In this document: piece by piece, positions 20,571 to 29,937 of the stretch
Position numbering within the stretch: position 1 is the stretch's first letter
Layout: every line of letters begins with the position of its first letter
DNA from: Candidatus Helarchaeota archaeon
GTDB taxonomy: Archaea; Asgardarchaeota; Lokiarchaeia; Helarchaeales; RDOG01
NCBI GenBank assembly: GCA_019058315.1
Contig: JAHPZH010000002.1
Span: 1,339,726-1,403,725, forward strand
Direction of reading: 5' to 3'
DNA length: 64,000 nucleotides
Notes under the pieces: model-generated
What the model was told of the DNA's origin: nothing
Database searches by the model: none
Seen by the model: only the letters and a program-made list of their open reading frames with translations
Position numbers and translations under genes: made by a program

Positions 20571-20600
20571 CGTTACATTAGACAATTATAAAAATTTAAT
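20571..20600 (-). promoter_or_regulatory. second copy of the conserved promoter element
   Basis: cgttacattagacaattataaaaatttaat. Confidence 0.5.
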
Positions 20601-20724
20601 TAGTAATATTTGTTAGATTTTTAAGTTAAGAAATACATATGAAGTTGTTAAATTTAGCAAATTTTTTAACTTTTTTTAGTATAATTAGGTTTAATAGGGC
20701 AAATTTAAAAATTGAGGTATTAAA

Positions 20725-22011
20725 ATGGACTATAGCCAAATCCAAGAAATTTTAGAAGGTAAATGTACAGATAAAGAAGTTAATATTCGAGGATGGGTCT
20801 GGAGAGCCAGATCTTCTAAAAAAATCTGTTTTATCATTATAAGGGACTCAACTGGTAGGATCCAAGTTACATTTGAGAAGGAAATTAACCCTGAATTATT
20901 TGAATTGGCAAAAAGTGTTACAATCGAATCATCTATTGAAATTAAAGGAGTTGTAAGAGAGGATAAAAGAAGCCCAGGTGGCTATGAAATTCATGGAAAC
21001 GATTTAAAACTAATATCTCTCGCCCAAGTTTTCCCGATAACTAAAGATCAAAGTGTAACTTTTTTAATGGATAAAAGACATTTATGGGTTCGTAGTAGGA
21101 ATATTGCTGCAATTTTAAAAATAAGAGCAGAAGTATATAAGGCATTTAGGGACTGGTTTGATAATAATAATTATATTGAAGTCCACGGACCAATGTTTAC
21201 AGGGTCCGCTGTAGAAGGTGGCAGCACTCTTTTTGATCTAAAATATTTTGATAAAAAAGCCTATTTAACTCAATCATCTCAATTTTATTTAGAAGCAATG
21301 ATTTTTACGTTTGAAAAGGTTTGGACTGTAGCACCATCTTTTAGAGCAGAAAAGTCCCGTACAACTAGACATTTAACGGAATTTTGGATGTTAGAAGCCG
21401 AAAAAGCCTATTCGGATCTGGAAGATATTATGAAAGTTGAGGAAGAATTAGTAGGGTATGTATGCAAAAGAGTTGCTGAAAGAAAAGAAGAATTAAAGGA
21501 TTTAAATGTTAAGCCCAATACTATTGCTAAAATTGTTCCTCCGTTTGAAAGAATTAGCTATGATAAAGCAATTGAAATTCTACAAGGAGATGGTGTTAAA
21601 GCTGAATGGGGAGAGGATCTTGGCACAGAAGAAGAAAGAATTCTAACATTAAAATATGATAAACCAATTTTTGTTTATGATTATCCCAAAAAAGCTAAAG
21701 CGTTTTATCATTATCCTGATCCTCAAAATCCAGAAAAAGTAAAATGTGCAGATTTATTAGCACCAGGTGGATATGGCGAAATCATAGGTGGGGGTCAAAG
21801 AATTGATGATGAAGAAATTTTACTTCAAAGAATAGAAGAAGAGCAATTGCCAGGAGATTATGAATGGTATATCGATTTGCGAAGATATGGCTCAGTTCCA
21901 CATTCTGGGTTTGGACTTGGTGTAGAACGAGTTATTAGATGGCTATTAAAATTAGACAATATTAGAGATACAATTCCCTTTCCAAGAACTATTAATAGAA
22001 TTTATCCTTAA
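20725..22011 (+). CDS. asnS: asparagine--tRNA ligase
   Basis: N-terminal OB fold (IRGWV, RDSTG), EGGSTLF, YLTQSSQFY, FRAEKSRTTRHLTEFW, GEIIGGGQR, PHSGFGLGVER. Confidence 0.93.
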   Translation: MDYSQIQEILEGKCTDKEVNIRGWVWRARSSKKICFIIIRDSTGRIQVTFEKEINPELFELAKSVTIESSIEIKGVVREDKRSPGGYEIHGNDLKLISLAQVFPITKDQSVTFLMDKRHLWVRSRNIAAILKIRAEVYKAFRDWFDNNNYIEVHGPMFTGSAVEGGSTLFDLKYFDKKAYLTQSSQFYLEAMIFTFEKVWTVAPSFRAEKSRTTRHLTEFWMLEAEKAYSDLEDIMKVEEELVGYVCKRVAERKEELKDLNVKPNTIAKIVPPFERISYDKAIEILQGDGVKAEWGEDLGTEEERILTLKYDKPIFVYDYPKKAKAFYHYPDPQNPEKVKCADLLAPGGYGEIIGGGQRIDDEEILLQRIEEEQLPGDYEWYIDLRRYGSVPHSGFGLGVERVIRWLLKLDNIRDTIPFPRTINRIYP

Positions 22012-22058
22012 TATAAAAATAAGGAAAAAATGAAAGGTTAAAAAAATTATTCATCTAT

Positions 22059-22727
22059 TTATTTTTCAACTTCGAATTCAGCTTTTTTTGTTGTTTCTTC
22101 GCCGTCTTTTCCTAATGATACAACTTCAAACTCGACTATTTTCTTCTTAGGTTCTTCAGGTTCGGGTTCTTTAACTTCTATTTCTGGTTCTTTAACCTCA
22201 GGTTCTGGTTCTTTAATTTCAGGTTTAGGTTCTTTAACCTCAGGTTCTTGTACTTCTATTGTCTTTGCTAAACCGGAAATCCCGGTCACATCTGGAAAAT
22301 CACTTGGCTCTTCTCCCTCATCAACCATTATGGTTTGTGCGCCATACATTTTCTCGCTGGTTTTCAAACGTGTTGCAGCCGTTCCTGCTCTATAAACTTC
22401 TCCAGGAGAAGTATATTTTCCTTTCCATATATAGATTTTAGTTTGGATCTTATCAGCGACGAGACAAACACGATCACTATCAAGACAATCTGTTGAGACC
22501 ATATTATCTTGTACCATATAGAAAATTTTCAATTTCGCTTCTTGGTCTTCTTTTACAGGTTTAAATATGACTTCTTGAGAAATTTTTATTTCAGTTTTGG
22601 GTTTTTCACCAGATCTTTCAGTATAATGACATGCTGGACAACTTTTAATGCCCTCTGACTCTATCATCGGAGAAGCACATCGAGGGCATAGTTTCTTAGG
22701 TGGGGGAACTCTTCTTCTAAGCACCAT
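22059..22727 (-). CDS. zinc-ribbon + gelsolin-like domain protein with KEPE-rich tail
   Basis: CPRC...CPAC; LDSDRVCLV...IYIWKGK...VDEGEEPSDF gelsolin/villin motif; acidic Pro-rich repeats. Confidence 0.75.
   Translation of the reverse strand: MVLRRRVPPPKKLCPRCASPMIESEGIKSCPACHYTERSGEKPKTEIKISQEVIFKPVKEDQEAKLKIFYMVQDNMVSTDCLDSDRVCLVADKIQTKIYIWKGKYTSPGEVYRAGTAATRLKTSEKMYGAQTIMVDEGEEPSDFPDVTGISGLAKTIEVQEPEVKEPKPEIKEPEPEVKEPEIEVKEPEPEEPKKKIVEFEVVSLGKDGEETTKKAEFEVEK
22150..22255 (-). repeat. low-complexity coding repeat (E-V/I-K-E-P-E)
   Basis: Repeated ggttctttaa/caggttct units encoding EVQEPEVKEPKPEIKEPEPEVKEPEIEVKEPEPEEP; boundaries approximate. Confidence 0.7.
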
Positions 22728-22858
22728 CTTAAATACCTCAAATTGAGTTTTTTGCCTTAAAAATTTGGTTTTTAATAATTATAAAATAATCATCCATTTT
22801 ATTTTAATATTAACTAATTCAAAATATGCATTTTAGATGTTGAAAAACTAGAAAAAAT

Positions 22859-23299
22859 TTAATCTAACTCTTGTTCCATTACAATAAAACTTTCTGAAAA
22901 GCCAAATTTTTCATATAATTTAATGGCTTCTTTTACATCTCTTCTTGCATTAACTCTAACAATGGATACCTTTTTCTTCTTACAAAAACTCAGTGCGCTT
23001 TCAATTAATTTTGAACCAATTCCTTTTGTTCTGTAATCTGATTCAATGATAAAATTATAAATTTGACCAAGAATTTGCCCAGAATACGGATCTCGTCCAA
23101 TATCTACCAAAACCATACCGATAATGTCCCCACCATCATCTGCTATAATAACACTATCTGGGGAAGATTCTAACTTATATTTGAGATCTAATTTCCAAGG
23201 TTTTTCGTAAAATACTACTTTAAATCTCTCACACAAACCTTTCATGAGTTTAGTTAAATGATCCATGTCATCCAATTTGGCTTTTCTTATTGTAATCAA
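22859..23299 (-). CDS. GNAT family N-acetyltransferase
   Basis: IRKA, YRTKGIGSKL, AIKLYEKFGF; probable TTG start at 23299 (ORF track: 23338). Confidence 0.88.
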   Translation of the reverse strand: MITIRKAKLDDMDHLTKLMKGLCERFKVVFYEKPWKLDLKYKLESSPDSVIIADDGGDIIGMVLVDIGRDPYSGQILGQIYNFIIESDYRTKGIGSKLIESALSFCKKKKVSIVRVNARRDVKEAIKLYEKFGFSESFIVMEQELD

Positions 23300-23578
23300 A
23301 AAGAACACCCAATCCTTTTTTTTAAGATTCCAAATCACAAATTTTACCAGTGTATGAATATATTATCATTGCTATTTAAAATAATACTCTAAAATTGAGA
23401 ATTTAATCTCATAAGGAGGATTTTAGTTGGATTTACTTTAGGAAAAGAAAATTATTATTTTCCCTTTAAATTGACAAAAAATCCAAAGATTTTAAGGATT
23501 TAATATATTAAATTGAAATAGAAAAAATCAAATTAAAATTTAATCTTTGGCAACATAATTAAAAGAGCGATCTTTTAA

Positions 23579-24781
23579 ATGCAAGATAAAAGTAATGACC
23601 TAAATAAAGAATATTTGTCAATAAATATTGATATTAAAAGAACCTTACATAATAAAGAATTAGAAATTATAGCTGCTTTGGAGAAAAAATTTTCTAATAA
23701 AGATTTCTTTTTTAAATTAGAGGATTCTAAGGTCAATTTTTTCCTAAAATCAATTAATTTACAAGATTTCAAAGAATTTGTAAATCATCTATTAAAAAAA
23801 TATGACACCGAAAGTAAACATTCCAAATTATTTCATGATATTATATCAAAAATCGAAAATATAAAGAGTTATGGGATTAAATCCGGAAAAAGAATTTATG
23901 TTACATATAATCAAGAGAGAAAAGTTCAAAATAGAAAGAAAAAAATTTTACAAAGAGGCTCATTCTTTTATGCTCAAGATAATGAATTTACTAAAGAGGT
24001 AAATGTCCTCCCAGATAAATTTTTGAATAAAATTATATGTGCGGATAGTCTTGAAATTCTAAAACAATTACCAAATAATTGCATCGATTTAGTTTTTACC
24101 TCACCACCTTATAATTTCGGATTAGGTTATGATACAACCGAAGATGGAATTGATTGGGAGAAATATTTTGAAAAATTATTCGATATTTTTAAGGAATGTA
24201 TAAGAGTTGTTAAATTTGGTGGCAGAATAATAGTAAACATCCAACCTTTATATTCAGATTATATTCCTAGCCACCATATTATCTCAAACTTTTTTATAAA
24301 GAATAAATTAATCTGGAAAGCGGAAATTTTATGGGAAAAGCATAATTATAACTGTAAATACACTGCCTGGGGAAGTTGGAAGAGCCCTTCAAATCCTTAT
24401 ATGAAATATACTTGGGAATATTTGGAAGTTTTTTGTAAAGGAGAGATGAAAAAGGAGGGTAAAAAAGAAAATATCGATATAACAGGCGATGAATTTAAAA
24501 AATGGGTAGTAGCTCAATGGTCTATAGCACCAGAACGAAATATGAAAAAATATGGTCATCCTGCGATGTTTCCAGAGGAATTAGTTAGAAGAACACTTAA
24601 GCTTTTTAGTTATAAAAATGATATTATATTGGATCCTTTTAATGGGGCTGGAACTACTACATTAGTTGCAAAAAAATTAGGCAGGAACTTTTTAGGAATT
24701 GACATTTCTAAAAAATATTGCGAAATTGCAAAAAAAAGATTAAAACTACCCAAAACGCTTGAAAAATTTTACAGCAATTAG
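23579..24781 (+). CDS. site-specific DNA methyltransferase (amino-MTase, beta class; m4C or m6A)
   Basis: TSPPY motif IV precedes HPAMFP and motif I DPFNGAGTT; about 140-aa N-terminal extension. Confidence 0.9.
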   Translation: MQDKSNDLNKEYLSINIDIKRTLHNKELEIIAALEKKFSNKDFFFKLEDSKVNFFLKSINLQDFKEFVNHLLKKYDTESKHSKLFHDIISKIENIKSYGIKSGKRIYVTYNQERKVQNRKKKILQRGSFFYAQDNEFTKEVNVLPDKFLNKIICADSLEILKQLPNNCIDLVFTSPPYNFGLGYDTTEDGIDWEKYFEKLFDIFKECIRVVKFGGRIIVNIQPLYSDYIPSHHIISNFFIKNKLIWKAEILWEKHNYNCKYTAWGSWKSPSNPYMKYTWEYLEVFCKGEMKKEGKKENIDITGDEFKKWVVAQWSIAPERNMKKYGHPAMFPEELVRRTLKLFSYKNDIILDPFNGAGTTTLVAKKLGRNFLGIDISKKYCEIAKKRLKLPKTLEKFYSN

Positions 24782-24879
24782 ATTAATTATGAAAACTTTT
24801 TTTTACATAATAAGTATATTTACTAAAAGTATAATTTCAATTATAAAGAATTAACATATTAGAATATAAGGCGATCTAA

Positions 24880-26058
24880 TTGGCACAACCATATCTAAGC
24901 CCAAGAATATTTTATGGCTATGGAAAATTAAAACAATTAAAGTATATTAGAGGAAATAAAATTCTTATTGTTACTGATAAAGTAATAGTTGATTTAGGTT
25001 TTATTGATAAAGTGACAAAACAGTTAAAAAAATCAAAGACCCCTATGGAATACAAAATATTTGATGAAGTAGAACCCGATCCCAGTGATACTACTGTATT
25101 AAAAGGAGCTGAAATAGCACAAGAGTTTAAACCTGATTGGATTATCGCGATAGGTGGTGGAAGTTCAATGGATGTTGCAAAGATGATCTGGGTTTTATAT
25201 GAGAATCCGGAAATCCAAATAATCGAAATTAATCCATTACAAAGAATAAAATTGGGAAAAAAATCAAAATTAGTTACAATTCCTACAACTAGCGGAACGG
25301 GGGCAGAAATTACATTTGGTTGCGTTATAACAAATGCCAAAACTCATAATAAAATGACTTTAGCAAATTTTGCCATTACACCAAATTGGGCTATAATAGA
25401 TCCCAATTTAGCCTTAACTATGCCACCAAAACTAACTTTAGCCACGGGTATTGATGCATTAACTCATGCAGTCGAGGCATATGTAAGCCCTTTAAAAAAT
25501 GATTTTTCAGATGGACATTGCTTAAAAGCAATTCAATTGGTTTTTAAGTGGCTTCAAAGGTCTTATGAAAGTGGTAAATCAGGGACACCTGATAAAGAAG
25601 CAAGAGAAAAAATGCATTATGCAGGTACAATAGCCGGTCTTGGTTTTGGTAATTCATCTGGTGGAATAGCACATGGAATAGGTCATAGTATTGGAGCTGT
25701 TCTTGATCTGCAGCATGGATTTTGTGTGGGTATTTTACTTCCTTATACTATAGAATATTTAGACTCTACATCTAGAATGAATTTTGAAGAAATTGTAAAT
25801 TTATTACAATTACAAAATGGTAAAAATGCCACTGAAATATTAGCAAATAACATAAGGAAATTATTAACGAGTTTAAATGTCCCCCTAAATTTCAAGGATT
25901 TCGGAGTCAAAGAAGAAGATTTTAAAAGTAAATTTGAAAAAATTCTACAATTTTCAAAAATTGATTTATCAACTAAAACTTGTCCACGAAAAGCCACAGA
26001 TGATGAATTAAAAAAATTAATTGAATATTCTTATTATGGAAAATCAATAGATTTTTAA
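24880..26058 (+). CDS. iron-containing alcohol dehydrogenase
   Basis: GGGSSMD, PTTSGTGAE, DALTHAVE, AHGIGH, QHG. Confidence 0.92.
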   Translation: MAQPYLSPRIFYGYGKLKQLKYIRGNKILIVTDKVIVDLGFIDKVTKQLKKSKTPMEYKIFDEVEPDPSDTTVLKGAEIAQEFKPDWIIAIGGGSSMDVAKMIWVLYENPEIQIIEINPLQRIKLGKKSKLVTIPTTSGTGAEITFGCVITNAKTHNKMTLANFAITPNWAIIDPNLALTMPPKLTLATGIDALTHAVEAYVSPLKNDFSDGHCLKAIQLVFKWLQRSYESGKSGTPDKEAREKMHYAGTIAGLGFGNSSGGIAHGIGHSIGAVLDLQHGFCVGILLPYTIEYLDSTSRMNFEEIVNLLQLQNGKNATEILANNIRKLLTSLNVPLNFKDFGVKEEDFKSKFEKILQFSKIDLSTKTCPRKATDDELKKLIEYSYYGKSIDF

Positions 26059-26146
26059 AAATCTTAAAAGGAAATCCTCTTTTTTATCATTTTTTTAAAT
26101 AACAATTTTTAATAATATAAATGAGGATTTTTTATCATTAACGAAG

Positions 26147-26992
26147 GTGAATAAAATGGTAAAAATTGGCATAATTAAATGCGGAAATATAGGTATATCA
26201 CCAGTTCTCGATCTATTATTTGATGAGATAGCAGAAAGAGAAGATATAACTTTTAGAGTGGTCGGATCAGGACCAAAACTGACCCCAGAACACTGTGAAG
26301 AGGTCACAAAGCTAATGTTAGACATCAAACCAGACTTGATAATGTTTACAAGTCCAAATACATCCTTACCTGGACCAAAAAAATCGAGAGATATGATTCA
26401 AACTACTGGAATTCCTGCAATTTACTTTTCAGATCAGCCTGGAAGAAAAGCAAAAGAGGTTAAAGAGGAAATAGCTGGAAGAGGTATGGGATATTTCATT
26501 ATAAAACCCGATGCAATGATAGGTGCTAAGAGACCATTCCTAGATCCTGTTGAAATGTGCCTCTATAATACCGACGTGTTGAAGGTATTAGCAATTTGTG
26601 GTGTAGTTAATTTAATTATAGCTGAAGTAGAAAAAGTGATTGACCAATTGAAAGCTGGTTCTAAACCCGAACTACCACAGATAGTAATTAATCGGAATAA
26701 GGCGTTGGAAGCTGCACGATTTTCAAATCAATATGCAAAATGTAAAGCTTCTGCTGCTTTAGACGCGGCTGAAACAGTGTCAGGCATCAATGTTGAAGGC
26801 TGTTTTATGGTAAAAGGAAGAGAAAATTACTTGCCAGTTGTAGGATCAGCTCATGAATTGATGCGTGCTGCTGCAAAATTAGCAGATGAAGCAAGAGAGA
26901 TTGAAAAAGCAAACGACTCGGTTCTTAGAAGACCACACGCGAAAGATGGTAAAATTTTAGAAAAAAGAGAATTTCTGGCAAAGCCAATCTAA
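26147..26992 (+). CDS. mtd: F420-dependent methylene-H4MPT dehydrogenase
   Basis: VKIGIIKCGNIG, DEIAERED, GSGPKL, SPN, DAMIGAKRPFLDPVEM, SAHELMR, EIEKANDSVLRRPH. Start may be ATG 26156. Confidence 0.93.
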   Translation: MNKMVKIGIIKCGNIGISPVLDLLFDEIAEREDITFRVVGSGPKLTPEHCEEVTKLMLDIKPDLIMFTSPNTSLPGPKKSRDMIQTTGIPAIYFSDQPGRKAKEVKEEIAGRGMGYFIIKPDAMIGAKRPFLDPVEMCLYNTDVLKVLAICGVVNLIIAEVEKVIDQLKAGSKPELPQIVINRNKALEAARFSNQYAKCKASAALDAAETVSGINVEGCFMVKGRENYLPVVGSAHELMRAAAKLADEAREIEKANDSVLRRPHAKDGKILEKREFLAKPI

Positions 26993-27011
26993 TTATTTAT
27001 TTTTTTATTTT

Positions 27012-27698
27012 TTATTTTATTGGGGATTTTAAGGGTTTTTTCAATTTTTCAACGATTTCTGGCCAGAAGGGTTCGGTAAATTCACCCTTATATTTAATTT
27101 TAGTACGTTTCAATTCAATTGCACCTTCACCTGGACAAGCATGTACACATGCTCCACAATAAATGCACTTATCTTTATCCACCTCAACCTTTTGAGCTTT
27201 CTCCCAACCTTTTTCAGCTTTTGGAATTGTTATAGCTCCCGTGGGACAAACCACATAACAAGTGCTGCAGCCACCAGGACAATACTCAGTGTGAAATTCA
27301 ATTTCCCCCTCAAAATAAGATTTTGCTTTTCTACCCTCCTCTTTAAGATCAACCAATTCCATATCTAGCTTAGGAAGTGCCTTTTGATCAACTAATTGAA
27401 GCTTTTTTTCACCATCGATCTTAAGCGATAATGCTCCAAATGGACATAGATGATCGCAGGTACCACAAAGTGAACATTTTTCTTTATCAATTATCACTGA
27501 GGGTACTATTGTTTGGTGCCTTGAATGAGCACCGACTGGTCCACGGAAAATTGCCTCCTTTGGACAAACAATTCTGCAAGTATTGCATCCTGTACACTGA
27601 TTTAAATCGTGAATAAGTTCAATATTCATTGTTAATAATCTAAGTTTTACTTTTTGTTCATTTTCGTCGATTATTCGGGTTAATTTAGGAACACTCAT
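27012..27698 (-). CDS. polyferredoxin with four 4Fe-4S motifs, FwdF-like (short)
   Basis: CTGCNTC..CP, CSLCGTC..CP, CPGGCSTC..CP, CIYCGAC..CP; near fwdDB. Confidence 0.8.
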   Translation of the reverse strand: MSVPKLTRIIDENEQKVKLRLLTMNIELIHDLNQCTGCNTCRIVCPKEAIFRGPVGAHSRHQTIVPSVIIDKEKCSLCGTCDHLCPFGALSLKIDGEKKLQLVDQKALPKLDMELVDLKEEGRKAKSYFEGEIEFHTEYCPGGCSTCYVVCPTGAITIPKAEKGWEKAQKVEVDKDKCIYCGACVHACPGEGAIELKRTKIKYKGEFTEPFWPEIVEKLKKPLKSPIK

Positions 27699-27958
27699 TC
27701 TTTCTCCTCCTTTATTTCAATGTGGATTGCGTCTTGTGAACACGCCTCTAAACACACACCGCAACCATCGCAAAGGTCGGGATTTTCGATAACTGCATGC
27801 CCATTTTTAATTACAATAATAAGATCTTTCTCACCCTTTTCGATAGCTTGCGCATTAATAGGACATGCGGTGTGACAGTCCCCACATCCGGTGCATTTCC
27901 GAAGTAAGATAATTGGTTTATAAATTCGGATTATTTCTGTCTCCGACATAGTAATCAC
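27695..27958 (-). CDS. 2x[4Fe-4S] ferredoxin, FwdG-like
   Basis: CTGCGDCHTACP and CDGCGVCLEAC; probable ATG 27949. Confidence 0.85.
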   Translation of the reverse strand: MITMSETEIIRIYKPIILLRKCTGCGDCHTACPINAQAIEKGEKDLIIVIKNGHAVIENPDLCDGCGVCLEACSQDAIHIEIKEEKE

Positions 27959-28169
27959 CTAAAATTTGACTCAATTAAACAATTTCAAATAATTATATAA
28001 TTATTTTTATTAGCTGTATTTTTCATTCATTTTAAAATAATAAAGATTTCTCTCTTTCCAATCTTAAAATAAGGAAAACGAATAGGACGTAGTCTTACTT
28101 CTAACCAGACCTCTTTTTTGATTTTTTCGCGTTATTTTAGTCTATTAAAAAAATAGAGAAATATTGATA

Positions 28170-28316
28170 TTAACCCGTATTCCAAGCTTCACTTTTTAAT
28201 AAATCTCTTACTGCTACCCTAATTGCTTCACTACGATTCGGATATCTTTTTTGCTGGACTAATTTCTCGAGGTCTTGAATATATGTATCTGGCAAATGTA
28301 GAGTTACTAATTTCAT
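28170..28316 (-). CDS. ribbon-helix-helix (CopG/CdrS-like) transcription regulator, 48 aa
   Basis: Below the ORF-track cutoff. Manual translation MKLVTLHLPDTYIQDLEKLVQQKRYPNRSEAIRVAVRDLLKSEAWNTG contains the YPNRSEAIRxAVRDLL RHH signature. Confidence 0.88.
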   Translation of the reverse strand: MKLVTLHLPDTYIQDLEKLVQQKRYPNRSEAIRVAVRDLLKSEAWNTG

Positions 28317-28553
28317 TCATATCGCCTTTTTCTAATTGCATTATTATCTTAATTCTGTATTACTGACAGACTTTTTCTTATATTTTTGTAAGGAATATCC
28401 GGATATCATCGAAATAATTTATGCCTTTTCTATATACATTAGAATTTTAAGAAATGAAAACATTAAAATAAAAAATTTTCATGTTTATTTAGAATCTAAC
28501 TATAAAATGGTTATTGCAAAGAGGAAATTTTTGTAATATCAAGAGGTTATGAC

Positions 28554-28808
28554 TTGTCGACATTTGAGATTAAAGTAGATAATAGTAAATGCACTGGCTG
28601 CTCTCTTTGCATAAATACATGTCCAATTAACCTCGAAATTGAACCTCAGTTAAAATATGGTGAATCACCTAAAACAGACAAAGTAATCTTCAGATTAATC
28701 AACGGGAAATGTAGAGTCCTAAATCCCCAATTATGTGAAAATAAACAGTTTAAGTGTAACCTTTGTGAAGTGATTTGTACAGGTAAAGCTATAACTCTTA
28801 TTACATAA
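28554..28808 (+). CDS. 2x[4Fe-4S] ferredoxin, FwdG-like
   Basis: CTGCSLCINTCPIN; second motif C-x6-CNLCEVIC; GAGG RBS before TTG. Confidence 0.8.
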   Translation: MSTFEIKVDNSKCTGCSLCINTCPINLEIEPQLKYGESPKTDKVIFRLINGKCRVLNPQLCENKQFKCNLCEVICTGKAITLIT

Positions 28809-28986
28809 TTAAAAATTTTATATAAACCTAAAAATAGTAATTGTGGTTTTAAACTGCTATTAAGTTAATTAAAATTAATTGTTTTTTTTTTAAATTTAAT
28901 TAAAAATTAATCTGATATTTTAGATAGTTTTATTAAGCGAAGTTTTTAATATAAAGTTACAACTCAGAAAAATATTTGATAATTGA

Positions 28987-29277
28987 ATGGAGGTATGGTT
29001 TATGGCTTCTAAAGCAGCAGTTGTTGCTCTTTCATGGGTAGCTTTCGGATGCATCGCACTAGGTATGGCTCTAACAGCAGTTGGAAATATGATGAACAGA
29101 AACCGAATTGACGATGTTATATTTTTCCAGTTTTGGATAAGCTATTTTATTGGATTTATTTTGCTATTATCAATGCCAGGTGCTCCTTTGGTTTCATTGG
29201 GATTATTTGTTTTAGGTGCTGGGCTTGTAATCTTACTAGTTGGGGCAATATTAGCTAGTACATCAGAGTCGATTTAA
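28987..29277 (+). CDS. small 3-TM membrane protein
   Basis: Three hydrophobic segments; GGAGGT RBS suggests ATG 29002. Confidence 0.65.
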   Translation: MEVWFMASKAAVVALSWVAFGCIALGMALTAVGNMMNRNRIDDVIFFQFWISYFIGFILLLSMPGAPLVSLGLFVLGAGLVILLVGAILASTSESI

Positions 29278-29547
29278 AAAAAGCAATATTCTTTTTTTTT
29301 TATTTCTTAAAAAAATAGTTAAATTTTATATTTAATTAGTATATTTATCTATTTTTTATTCGATTTCATTTGTATCTTTATAATCTTATTTTTTATTATT
29401 GGGATTAATTTTTAAAATATACAATCGTATAAAAAAATTGACAAAAAATTAAAAAGAAAATTCGTAAATTGGATATTAATTTATAGTTTTAACCCAATGA
29501 CCAAAAAATTTGAGTTTGGGTTTAAAAATCATTTTGGAGTTTATAAT

Positions 29548-29937
29548 ATGCTTGATGTAATCTTAATGTCGGGCAGAACAATAAATCAAGGCAGATCTCT
29601 AGAAGGTGGTAAACTTGGTGATGAAGCAATCATTGCCACCGGTTCAGTTTTCATGGATCAAGAAGATATGAAAGCTATGAAAATTTTAACGGGAACTTTA
29701 GTAAAAGTAAAGACCGAATTTGGGGAAATAGTTGTTCGTGCTCGAACTAGTCCTGAACAACCTCACAAAGGTATTATTTTTATCCCTATGGGGATTTATG
29801 CTAATGCTGTAATAGATCCAGAAACAAATTCTACAGGAATGCCGACATTTAAAGGAATAAAAGCAACTGTAGAGCGAGTTGTTGGGGAAAAAGTTTTAAC
29901 CCCTGCTGAGATTATTGCAAATTATAAAGCGGAGTGA
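29548..29937 (+). CDS. fwdD: formylmethanofuran dehydrogenase subunit D
   Basis: SGRTINQG, GIIFIPMG, T..TGMPTFKG; overlaps fwdB (ORF track start: 29497). Confidence 0.92.
   Translation: MLDVILMSGRTINQGRSLEGGKLGDEAIIATGSVFMDQEDMKAMKILTGTLVKVKTEFGEIVVRARTSPEQPHKGIIFIPMGIYANAVIDPETNSTGMPTFKGIKATVERVVGEKVLTPAEIIANYKAE

Noticed and set aside
28021-28135. Short open stretch on the minus strand downstream of the RHH gene
   Set aside because: No start codon after the preceding stop and no recognisable motif.
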